A DNA stretch of 64,000 nt from Candidatus Poriferihabitaceae bacterium (GTDB lineage Bacteria; Pseudomonadota; Gammaproteobacteria; Arenicellales; Poriferihabitantaceae): NCBI GenBank assembly GCA_965237485.1, contig CBDEFQ010000005.1, positions 430 to 64,429 on the forward strand, written 5' to 3'. Shown piece after piece: positions 46,496 to 56,739 of this stretch; the first letter of the stretch is position 1, and the number at the start of each line of letters is the position of its first letter. The notes beneath the pieces are model-generated. The model ran no database searches, had not been told where the DNA came from, and saw nothing but the letters and a program-made list of their open reading frames with translations. A program made the position numbers and the translations under genes.

Positions 46496-47392
46496 CTAAG
46501 CCGCTTGTTGATGAGTATGGATCCCGCATTCACGTTGTATGCCGAAAAAACGTGTTTCCTCTTCGAGCATTCCAGTGGTTAAAGGCATTGAGGTATGCGT
46601 GTCCCCAACGGAAACATACCCTCGTTCCCATAATCCTAGAAAACTCAGTTGAACGCAAAAAAGATGTGCAACTAATTGATATGAATAAGGAAGTCAGAAA
46701 ATACGAGGTCACCTTATTGGTGATGAGTGCTTTTCTGGGTTTCTTAGGCATATTAAAGAGTTGTGCAGACATTTGTGTTTCAACTGAGTTTTCTAGGATT
46801 ATGGGTGATACGGTAACTTGTGCTTTTTTAAATACCAATGTAACTCTTTGTTACTCCATTCAAGTATGGGTAGAACCTTATACCGACCACCCTGCTTTTC
46901 TAACGGTGACAGCCCTTGCCTTGATTTAGATTGCTGCGCACGCAGGCCTGAAAACCAAGTTTGAGCACCTGTTTCTTTCAAGGCACGTTGCATCGGTTCC
47001 ACCTTGGCAATTTGGTTATAGCGCTCTAGCCCTTCCTTACCCTCTAGCCAAAGTTTCCCGTATAAGTCTTCTATTTCAGTAGGGTTTAAACGTAGTTTAT
47101 AAATTTTGAGATTTAGTGATAAGTACTGTGTGAGCGACTCGATGAACTGGTGCGTTTCATCGAATAAGTACCCAGTATCAACACATATAACAGGCATATT
47201 CGGGTGAACACTCGTCACCATATGTAACATGACGGCACTCTGTATGCCAAAGCTAGAGCTGAGTACATGCGTTCTTGGCAGCTGGTCAATTGCCCACGCT
47301 ACCCGCTCTTGGGCGGGTACGTTTCTCAACTGCACATTGATCTCGTTAAAGTCTTGACCAGAATCAACTAACTGAGTTGCTGAATATTTCAT
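46496..47392 (-). pseudogene. cysH: PAPS reductase interrupted by a MITE
   Basis: SSSFGIQS, DTGY and LPYHP before the MITE; [11 protein letters not shown]...RECGIH after it; premature stop at the insertion. Confidence 0.9.
46635..46797. mobile_element. 163-bp MITE, diverged subfamily B
   Basis: IR CCTAGAAAACTCAGTTGAA; DR ATAAT/ATTAT; colinear with subfamily A. Confidence 0.88.
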
Positions 47393-47488
47393 TTTCTATA
47401 AAACCTGTTCACAAATAGATGCTTAAGCACCGAATAGGTCCGCATATTAAGAAAGTTTATTTTATTGGTCAATAAAATAAACTAATGA

Positions 47489-48875
47489 TGTTACGAGTAA
47501 ATTATCTGTCCTGATAATTAGCAAATAAACTGTCCGGATTTATCCTCCTCCCTTTTGGTAAGTGAGATGAGCCAGATAGTATTTCTAAATAAGGTAAAAC
47601 AGATGAGATTTGAAGAAGCATATGAAGGTTATCAAGCTAAACGACTATCACAAGCGGATGCTGCCACAATACTGGGTGTTTGTGATCGAAGTTTTCGTAG
47701 GTACATTAATAAGTACGAAGAATCAGGATTGGATGGGCTGTTAGATCAGCGACTCAATCAGCCCTCACACAGGCGGGCACCCGTAGACGAAATGATCAAG
47801 CTACAAGACCTATACTCAACACGCTATCAAGGCTGGAATGTGCGCCACTTCCATACATGGTATCAACGCGAGCACCAAGGTAAGCGTAGCTACAGTTGGG
47901 TTAAGAATAAGCTACAAAGCGCAGACCTGGTGCGTAAATCTAAAACACGCGGCCCTCACCGCATTAAACGTCTACCTGGTGCCTTGCCAGGTATGATGAT
48001 TCACCAGGATGGCAGTACTCACCAATGGGTACCTGATGTGTCTTGGGACTTAATCGTCACCCTGGATGATGCCACCAATAAGCATTATTCCATGCGCTTT
48101 GTCGAAGAGGAAGGCACGCACAGCAGCTTGCTTGGGGTTAAAGATGTACTTAAGGTGAAGGGGCTATTCTGTTCGTTTTACTCTGACCGAGGCAGCCACT
48201 ATTGGCATACGCCTGAGGCTGGCGGCAAGGTGGATAAGAATGGCCCAACTCAATTTGGGTTGGCGATGAAGAGATTAGGCATTGGCATGATAGCGGCTTA
48301 TTCTCCTGAAGCCAGAGGCCGTTCCGAACGTGCGTTTGGCACACACCAAGGGCGATTACCGAACGAGCTTGCGTTGATGGGTATCACTGGCATGCAAGCG
48401 GCTAATAAATACCTTAGAGATCATTATATGCCCAGACACAATAAAGAATTCAGTCATCCAGCTAGAGAGCAAGGCAGCGCCTTTGTGCCGCTTGCGGGCA
48501 TCGATCTTGACGATTATCTATGCGAACAGTACGAGCGTGTGGTGGGTAAAGACAACAGCGTACAGTTTGAGACGCTGTCTCTGCAGCTACCTAAAGATCA
48601 ACACCGCTATCATTACGTCAAAGCTAAAGTAAAAGTATCGCGCCACCTTGATGGCTCATTGTCGATTGATCATGGCCCAAGGCGATTAGGCCGATACACA
48701 GCCGATGGAATACTGGTGCAACAAAAACAGATTAAGAGCAAAGTTGCGTAACTGGGCTTCGCAATTTGCCGCCGATGAATTCATTACGGGCTACGCCCTT
48801 CACTCATTCATCGGCAATAACTAAAGCGGACAGACTATGTGTTAATAATCCGGACAGTTCTATTTACTTCTAACA
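47489..48875 (+). mobile_element. IS1202-family element, copy 2 (transposase ends 48751)
   Basis: Near-identical to 41013-42399; 16-bp DR TAAAATAAACTAATGA. Confidence 0.87.
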
Positions 48876-49246
48876 TAAAATAAACTAATGAGCAAGAAGA
48901 AAAGGAGGCGTTGCTTCAAAGGCGAGTAATAAGAGAGGTTTTTATTAGTTCCATTGTAGTAAGTAGAATGTGTTTCTATCGATAGCTTAACGGGTATTTA
49001 TGTAAGTAACTTTATCGCCCAAAGGACTCGCCCGTTGAGCAGACCCGCTATAAGCGCAGGAAAATAGTTAGCGTAGCACTAAGCCTTATGCTTCTGATTT
49101 GCCGCTGACGCTAAGTGCTATTTGACATGCAACAACAAGATTTACCCAGGTTGATATTAAAACTCCAATCACCTAAAGTCTTGCCCCTATAGAAGAAGCC
49201 ACAATTTTATATTTGTCTGTACGCAAATTACACCGAAAAAGATTCA

Positions 49247-49702
49247 ATGGAAAAATTCAAGAAAACCCCAATTTTGAACGAAAAACTCCATCAGTTTTCT
49301 GACTCATTCGGTAATTTTCTGGTTGACCTATTCCACTACATAGCCTTATTTGCGATTGGCGCTTCGGTCGTATGGTCGGCCTCAGTCGCATTTATTGAGA
49401 TGGGTTCAAAAGGTCACGCATCAATTGAGGATATTTTGCTTCTCTTTATTTATCTTGAGCTCGGCGCAATGATCGGCATATACTTCAAAACGAATCGTAT
49501 GCCAGTTCGATTTCTAATTTATGTTGCAATCACTGCCTTGACCAGGATGCTGATTGGCGACATACAGGCGAATCATGAGCCAGATTTGGGAATCGTTTAT
49601 ATCTCGGGGTCGATTTTACTCTTGGCTTTAGCAAACTTGGTGGTTAGGTACGGCTCTTTCAAGTTTTCTACCTCAACGACGGACAGGGATAGTATCGAGT
49701 AA
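49247..49702 (+). CDS. PsiE-family membrane protein
   Basis: DILLLFIYLELGAMIGIYFKTNRMPVRFLIYVAITALTR. Confidence 0.85.
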   Translation: MEKFKKTPILNEKLHQFSDSFGNFLVDLFHYIALFAIGASVVWSASVAFIEMGSKGHASIEDILLLFIYLELGAMIGIYFKTNRMPVRFLIYVAITALTRMLIGDIQANHEPDLGIVYISGSILLLALANLVVRYGSFKFSTSTTDRDSIE

Positions 49703-50005
49703 AGAAGGGCATATATTAATTTTCGAGCGGCATGCAAGCGCGGCAATGAGCACAAATTAGCCATGTCGGCCTAATTCTATCCATGATCCACGAGCTTTCT
49801 GAATGGGAGGGATACAGTGATGAAGTTGAACAAATCAAGGGCTAGTCTCGAGTTGTGGAGCGATATATGAATTTCCCTGTTAGCCTATGCTCCATTTTAC
49901 TGGTGTAATAAATCATCTTTCAAGTTGATAAAGATCATCAATACAAGGGTTTCCACACGCTAATTTCAGGAGTAAACTCGCGAAAAATAGGCTTGAGGAA
50001 GTCTT

Positions 50006-51217
50006 ATGTTTCAGCGCCGTATTCCAGATTTATTGCGTCATGCACCTGTCCCCGGTGTTAAGTCATTCGCTGTATTAGCTGGTATAGAAAGTGTAGCTCG
50101 CGCCATCATGGTATCGGTATTTCCGATCGCGATGTACCACACCTTCAAAGATCCGGAAAAGATTTCTGAAATCTATCTCCTTATAGGCATACTTTCATTT
50201 ATTGCTTCGCTTTTTATACCCTGGGCTTCGCGCTTTTTGCCCAGACGTAAGCTTTATACCATTGGTATTATTTGCTTAATTGCAGGAACTTTTACCGCGC
50301 TTATCGGCGGGAAGATTATGTTACCCCTTGGGCTAACAATAATTGCTATAGCGGTAGTCACTATTACCATTTGCCTTAACGCTTACGTTATGGATTTTGT
50401 CGCTCGCGCGACGCTTGATGAAGCAGAAACAAAACGCCTTCAATATAGTGGTGCAGCTTGGACCTTAGGTCCATTTTTGGGTATCTGGCTGTATGAGTGG
50501 TGGAGACCTGCACCATTTATAATTTCCCTACTGGCTGCCATATCTCTACTAGTGGTTTTCTGGATATATCGCCTAGGTGACGGCAAGACAATCGTCAGGG
50601 CGACGACCAAGCACGCAAACCCTCTGGCGTTTCTTCCCAGTTTTTTCCATCAACCCAGATTAATCATAGGCTGGGTTTTCGCCGTAGTTCGTTCATGTGG
50701 TTGGTGGGTGTATGTTGTCTACCTACCGATTTACGCGGTAGAAAATGGTTTGAGTGAAAAGAGTGGTGGCTTATTTTTATCGCTAAGTAACGCGCTACTA
50801 TTCCTTGTGCCGTTTATGTTACGTTGGCTAAATGGCCGGGTACGCTATGGCGTGGTCATCGGATTTACCTTTAGCGGGCTCGCGTTCTTATGCGCTACGG
50901 TATTGGCGAACTACGATGTCAACCTTACCCTTTGGACGCTATTTATTGGCTCAGCGTTCTTAATTCTCTTGGATATGTGCGGCGGGCTCCCATTTCTGAT
51001 GGCAGTTAAGCCATCCGAGCGCACTGAAATGTCGGCTGTTTATTCCACATTTCGTGACGTGTCTAATGTTCTCGGCCCGGGTATTGCGCGAATTACGTTG
51101 GTATTCCTGCCCCTAACCGCTGTGTTTGCCGTTTTTGGTGCTGGCTTGCTATTCACTTCTTTATTGGCTAAAACCTTGCACCCTAGATTAGGGAAGAAGA
51201 AAACCAAAGCAACTTAA
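50006..51217 (+). CDS. MFS transporter
   Basis: About 12 hydrophobic segments in 403 aa. Confidence 0.8.
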   Translation: MFQRRIPDLLRHAPVPGVKSFAVLAGIESVARAIMVSVFPIAMYHTFKDPEKISEIYLLIGILSFIASLFIPWASRFLPRRKLYTIGIICLIAGTFTALIGGKIMLPLGLTIIAIAVVTITICLNAYVMDFVARATLDEAETKRLQYSGAAWTLGPFLGIWLYEWWRPAPFIISLLAAISLLVVFWIYRLGDGKTIVRATTKHANPLAFLPSFFHQPRLIIGWVFAVVRSCGWWVYVVYLPIYAVENGLSEKSGGLFLSLSNALLFLVPFMLRWLNGRVRYGVVIGFTFSGLAFLCATVLANYDVNLTLWTLFIGSAFLILLDMCGGLPFLMAVKPSERTEMSAVYSTFRDVSNVLGPGIARITLVFLPLTAVFAVFGAGLLFTSLLAKTLHPRLGKKKTKAT

Positions 51218-52077
51218 AAACCGTGACGCCCACCGTAAGTGCTGCGACTCGGTGATCGCCAACCCGTTAAGGCTTGTGAGCTGGGTTTATAAATCTCCAC
51301 CAGTAACGGATAGCATTTTGTGGCGTCATCGGAATGGCTGCTCCCGCAATCCCCGCCTGGGCACGCAGAAAGTGCGCCGAGTAAATCAATTTCAGCAAAA
51401 AACTCGATGTAATCACCGGGCCGAACCGGGCTAGCCTTCATAAAATACTGCTGGGTGTCCTTGGTAAACCCAGTGCACATAAATACATTCATTACATCAT
51501 GCACATGCAACTCGGCTTCGGTAAGGTTGATGTTTTTAGTTCTAGCCAAAGCCCGCGTTAGGTTTGAGTGACAACAATAATCGTAATCCACTTCTTTTAA
51601 CATGCGATTGGTATAAGGGTCACAGCGCGTGCCTATCACATCGTGCACTCTGCCGCCAAATTCATCGTACCCATACCACTCCAGCGTATCGTGAGTAATG
51701 GTTGCCATTGGTCGTAAATTCGGCAAGGTACTCCACAGCCTATCGCCGCGAGTTACATGGCTTGCTTGTAGCTGACGCGTTTTTCCACTATAGAAGTGCT
51801 CACTTAAATCATCGGCATTCCATAAGTTTAAGTCTCCTACTTGTGGCCCCTCCACGCTGACAATCCTAAACACGTGCCCTGCTGGCACTTCAAAGGTAGC
51901 TGCATCGCGCGGCGGTATTAATACCTGCGACACTTTTTGCATATTATTTCTAAGCCCATTGTAAAACTTAAGGTCAAAAGCGGGAAGGTCATCGACCGAA
52001 TAACAAACTAACGGCTTAACCGCCTTACGGCTGCCAGCATCATCTGGGCGAGATACAGAGTTTGAGTTGTTAGGCAT
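51214..52077 (-). CDS. DUF1989 / urea-carboxylase-associated family protein
   Basis: EGPQVGDLNLWN, HDVIGTRCD and LSACPGGD motifs. Confidence 0.82.
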   Translation of the reverse strand: MPNNSNSVSRPDDAGSRKAVKPLVCYSVDDLPAFDLKFYNGLRNNMQKVSQVLIPPRDAATFEVPAGHVFRIVSVEGPQVGDLNLWNADDLSEHFYSGKTRQLQASHVTRGDRLWSTLPNLRPMATITHDTLEWYGYDEFGGRVHDVIGTRCDPYTNRMLKEVDYDYCCHSNLTRALARTKNINLTEAELHVHDVMNVFMCTGFTKDTQQYFMKASPVRPGDYIEFFAEIDLLGALSACPGGDCGSSHSDDATKCYPLLVEIYKPSSQALTGWRSPSRSTYGGRHGF

Positions 52078-52088
52078 AATAATCTCCT

Positions 52089-52754
52089 TTAATGGAATGA
52101 AGCTATTTCAGACAATGAACGCTTTTCAATATCGGGCACCATCGCGCTCTGTGACGGGTAGCCTACCACAACAACCATAACTGGCCTTTCTTCATCCGGT
52201 CTATCCAGCAACTTGTTAAAGAATCGCATTGGGCTAGGCGTATGCGTTAACGTAGCTAAGCCAGACAAATGCAAAGCTGACAATAACAAGCCTGATGCAA
52301 TACCTACAGACTCAGGTGTATAGTAGCTTTTCTTCCGCTTGCCGTGCGCATCGAGAGTGAATTTTTTTTGAAACACCACTATCAAACATGGGGCTACTTC
52401 AAGAAACGACTTATTTTCGTCAGTGCCCAAATGCTCGAGTGCTTCCAGCCATTTATCTGAGGCCCTGTGTTCATAAAACGCTCGCTCCTCTTCTTCTGCC
52501 GCTTCTCGAATGCGTGATTTCATCGCCGCATCGCTTACCACTGCAAAATGCCAAGGCTGTTGATTAGCGCCGCTAGGGGCTGTGCCAGCCGCCATTACCG
52601 CGTTATCTATAACTTCCATTGGAATGGCTTGGTCAGAGAAGTCTCGAACCGTACGCCGCTTTTTAATGTCAGCGTAGAATTTTCTAGAAGCGGCTAACAT
52701 GTCTGCTTCAGATTTACGGGTAAAGTCGAGCTTAGAAAACTTAGGTTTAACCAT
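52089..52754 (-). CDS. Nitroreductase family, iodotyrosine deiodinase-like
   Basis: RRTVRDFS, APSGANQQPW, EEEERAFY and LTHTPSPM motifs. Confidence 0.82.
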   Translation of the reverse strand: MVKPKFSKLDFTRKSEADMLAASRKFYADIKKRRTVRDFSDQAIPMEVIDNAVMAAGTAPSGANQQPWHFAVVSDAAMKSRIREAAEEEERAFYEHRASDKWLEALEHLGTDENKSFLEVAPCLIVVFQKKFTLDAHGKRKKSYYTPESVGIASGLLLSALHLSGLATLTHTPSPMRFFNKLLDRPDEERPVMVVVVGYPSQSAMVPDIEKRSLSEIASFH

Positions 52755-52894
52755 TTATGCCTAATGCTGTTTTTAGTAGGTTCAAATTTAACCTCACCAG
52801 CTTCACCTCTCAATGGTTTTGTTAAGTCTATTGAGATTATTAGCCTGCAAGTGCTAAATTAGTGCTTCAGAATTGAACCATCTTTATCCTCAAT

Positions 52895-53695
52895 ATGCCT
52901 AGTGAAACGTCGTCCATAATCATTACCGAAATCCAAGATCATGTTGCGATAGTAACGTTAAATCGGCCAGAGGCCCGTAATAGCCTTTCATTAGAGTTAA
53001 TCGACTTACTTACTCAAAAGATAAACGAATTAGGCCAAGCAGCTGACGTATTCGCAATCATTTTAGCCGCTGAAGGCCCTGCATTTTGCGGCGGACACGA
53101 TCTTAAAGAATTAACTGCAGCGCGAAAGATTAAAGACAAAGGCAAAGCGTTCTTTAAGCTAACCATGGGTAACTGTTCCAAACTCATACAAAGTATTGTT
53201 CGTTGCCCAAAACCGGTTATTGCCGCGGTGCAGGGTACGGCCACTGCTGCTGGTTGCCAGTTAGTCGCCAGTTGTGATTTAGCTGTCGCATCACAAAACG
53301 CTCAGTTTGCGACACCAGGGGTCAATATTGGGCTTTTTTGCTCTACCCCTATGGTCGCCTTGTCACGCAATATCTCACACAAACACGCAATGGAAATGCT
53401 GCTACTCGGCGAACTAGTTAATGCAGAGCAAGCCTTGCAATGGGGTCTTATAAACCGAATAAGCACACAAGAAGATGTGTTGACTGAAGCCCAAAGCATG
53501 GCCAATACAATTGCTTCAAAGTCCCCCGCTACCGTAGCGGTTGGCAAAGCCGCTTTCTATCAACAATTGGAAATGGGGTTAAGCGAGGCCTACGACTACG
53601 CGTCGAATGTGATGACTGAAAACATGCTTACTATTGATGCCGAGGAAGGTATTGGCGCCTTTATAGAAAAACGCACCCCTAAGTGGTCGAGTTAA
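52895..53695 (+). CDS. Enoyl-CoA hydratase/isomerase family protein
   Basis: FCGGHDLKE, ATAAGCQLVASCD and TPGVNIGLFCSTP motifs. Confidence 0.9.
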   Translation: MPSETSSIIITEIQDHVAIVTLNRPEARNSLSLELIDLLTQKINELGQAADVFAIILAAEGPAFCGGHDLKELTAARKIKDKGKAFFKLTMGNCSKLIQSIVRCPKPVIAAVQGTATAAGCQLVASCDLAVASQNAQFATPGVNIGLFCSTPMVALSRNISHKHAMEMLLLGELVNAEQALQWGLINRISTQEDVLTEAQSMANTIASKSPATVAVGKAAFYQQLEMGLSEAYDYASNVMTENMLTIDAEEGIGAFIEKRTPKWSS

Positions 53696-53700
53696 GATAA

Positions 53701-54582
53701 ATGAAACACCATCTAGAAAAAATACAAGGGTTAGCTTGCTGGAACGAAGAAGTTGATGTATCTCCATTAAGCGGTGGAATGACGAACTTTAATTACAAAG
53801 TTACGCATCTTGGAAATAATTACGTAGTGCGCTTGGGCGACGATATTCCAGAACATCTAGTGTGGCGAGACAACGAAGGTGCAAGCTCAATAGTGGCTGC
53901 CAAGTGTGGGTTTTCGCCCGCTGTTTCCCATCGCGAAACCGGCGTATTGGTTATTGAGTTTATAGAAGGTAAGGTTTTCAATGAAGATGACGTAAAAGAC
54001 GCAAACAACTTAAGCCGCATAATTCTCTTATTGCAAGACTTCCATCATAAAATGCCGCAGCAATTTGATAGTTACCCTGCCTTATTTTGGGTATTTCAGG
54101 TGCTGCGACATTACAATAATAAGCTAGCTGACAAAAATAGCCTGCATATGACCAAAATGGCTGAGTATATGCAGATATCTAAACAGCTAGAAGCTGCTGT
54201 CGGCCAGGTATCCCTGGTGTTTGGACACAATGATTTGTTAGCCGCCAACTTTATTGACGATGGTAAGAAAATTTGGCTGATCGATTTTGATTACGCTGGC
54301 TTTAATAGCCCTTTGTTTGATCTTGCCAACCTCGCTTCAAACAGCGAATTGCCGGTAGTGGATGAGCAAAGCATACTGGAACAGTATTTCAACCAAGCCG
54401 TCAGCGATCAGGTTTGGCACCAATATAACGCCATGAAGTGCGCGTCCTTGTTGCGTGAAACGGTGTGGTCAATGGTGTCGGAGCACTATTCAAAGCTCGA
54501 TTTTGACTTTACCCATTACACCACGGAAAACTGCGCTAGATTTGAACGCGCTTTCCTCAATTATCAAGCAGAATTTGGTTAA
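53701..54582 (+). CDS. Choline/ethanolamine kinase-family phosphotransferase
   Basis: LSGGMTN, HNDLLAAN and LIDFDYAG motifs. Confidence 0.85.
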   Translation: MKHHLEKIQGLACWNEEVDVSPLSGGMTNFNYKVTHLGNNYVVRLGDDIPEHLVWRDNEGASSIVAAKCGFSPAVSHRETGVLVIEFIEGKVFNEDDVKDANNLSRIILLLQDFHHKMPQQFDSYPALFWVFQVLRHYNNKLADKNSLHMTKMAEYMQISKQLEAAVGQVSLVFGHNDLLAANFIDDGKKIWLIDFDYAGFNSPLFDLANLASNSELPVVDEQSILEQYFNQAVSDQVWHQYNAMKCASLLRETVWSMVSEHYSKLDFDFTHYTTENCARFERAFLNYQAEFG

Positions 54583-56739
54583 TGGATAACTCTCGTCCTT
54601 CTCAAGCCCAAATAATAGTAATTGACGGTGGAATCATCGGCTGCTCTACCGCTTACCACTTAGCTAAAAATCACAATGCGGATGTCTTGTTATTAGAGCA
54701 AGGCACCCTAACCTGCGGTACCACCTTCCACGCAGCGGGCTTGGTAGGGCAATTACGCTCAAGCGCTTCTATAACCCGCTTGCTAAAGTACAGCGTAGAG
54801 CTATATGAAAATCTAGAAAAGGAAACCGGACTGGCCACCGGATGGAAACAAAATGGGGGCTTGCGTCTTGCCAATAACCAAGAGCGTTGGACAGAAATAA
54901 AACGCCAAGCCACCACTGCGCACTCGTTCGGTTTGGAAATGAATCTATTAAGCCCGAAAGAAGCACAAGAACTATGGCTGATTATGGATATATCCGACTT
55001 AGTCGGCGCAGCCATGTTGCCCACCGACGGGCAAGCAAATCCTTCTGATATTACACTCTCCTTAGCCAAAGGTGCACGTATGCACGGTGCCAAAATTATC
55101 GAGAACATTCACGTTAAAGATGTATTAACCACCAATGGTCAAATTACTGGGATTGAAACCGATCAAGGCACGATAAAGTGTGAGAAAGTGGTCAATTGCG
55201 CTGGCCAGTGGGCTAAGCAACTAGGCTTGAAAAGTGCTGTCAATGTACCGCTTCAGTCGATGCAGCATCAATATCTAATCACCGAAACGATGGCTGATGT
55301 ACCCAAGGGGTTACCGACTTTACGCGACCCTGATCGCATGACTTATTTTAAAGAAGAAGTAGGCGGCTTAGTGATGGGCGGCTACGAACCCAACCCGATG
55401 CCATGGAATGTTATGCCTGTACCCGATACTTTTTCATTTTCATTACTAGACGAAGACTGGGGTCACTTTGAACAGCTTATGGAACAAGCCATCATTCGAG
55501 TCCCGAGTTTGGCCTCGGCGGGCGTAAAAAGCATGATAAACGGCCCAGAGTCTTTTACGCCCGACGGGAATTTCATCTTAGGCGAGGCGCCTGAAGTACA
55601 AAATTACTTTGTGGGCGCCGGGTTTAATGCCTTTGGTATCGCCTCTGCGGGCGGCGCGGGTTACGCCTTAGCGGATTGGATAGTTAATGGAGAACAACCC
55701 GTGGACTTATGGGCTGCGGATATTAAACGCTTTAGCACTGTGCACCACGATCATAAGTGGGTGAAAACACGCACTATCGAAGCCTGCTCGCGCCACTACA
55801 CCATGGCGTGGCCGTTTGAAGAGTTCCACAGTTGCCGGCCTACTCTTAGCTCCCCGTTGTATGAACAATTAAAAGACCAAGGCGCCTGTTTCGGTTCAAA
55901 ATTGGGTTGGGAACGTCCCAATTGGTTTGCACCAGAAGGCGCCCAAGCAGTGGATACACAGTCATTTGGGCGTGCGAACTGGTTTACCCATGTTGGAGAA
56001 GAACACCGCGCCTGTCGGGAACGGGTAGTATTAATTGACCAAAGCTCGTTCGCGAAGCTTGAAGTGACTGGCCCTGATGCTTGTAGTGGGCTAAATTGGC
56101 TATGTGCCAATAATATTGACGCTGCAATTGGTAGTGTTATATATACCCAAATGCTTAATCAAAGAGGCGGAATTGAGTGTGACTTAACCGTAACCCGATT
56201 AGGCGAGCAACATTTTTATATTGTTATCGGTACTGGTTTTCGCAGCCACGACATAGCTTGGATCAAAGACAATTTACCAGACAATGCCAACGTCGACCTT
56301 ACCGACATAACTGAACACTGGGGTGCGCTGTCTCTAATGGGGCCACGATCACGCGAAGTGCTTGCGCAATTAACACCCGCTAATTTATCGGCTAAAGCCT
56401 TTGTGTTTGGCACTGTGCAAGCGCTTAAAATCGGTGGCCAAGAAATAAGAGCCCTGCGCATGTCCTATGTAGGGGAATTGGGTTGGGAGTTGCACGTTCC
56501 CATTGAGTCCTTACTCAACGTGTATTCGGCATTGATGCGTGCAGGAAAAAGTTTTGGTATTCGAAACGCTGGTTATCGCGCCATTGAAAGCCTGCGTTTA
56601 GAAAAGGGCTATTTAGCCTGGAGCACCGATATCACCCCAAATGACTCCCCTATTGAAGCAAGTCTGGGTTGGGCAGTGAAGCTCAATACAGATATTCCGT
56701 TCCTAGGGAGGGAAGCGGTATACCAAGTGGCTAACTCAC
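54582..56739 (+). pseudogene. GcvT-family FAD oxidoreductase (sarcosine/dimethylglycine dehydrogenase-like), 3'-truncated by IS66
   Basis: GTTFHAAG, NGPESFTPD and SLRLEKGY motifs; GxG loop reads IDGG; ORF runs into the IS at 56740. Confidence 0.87.
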
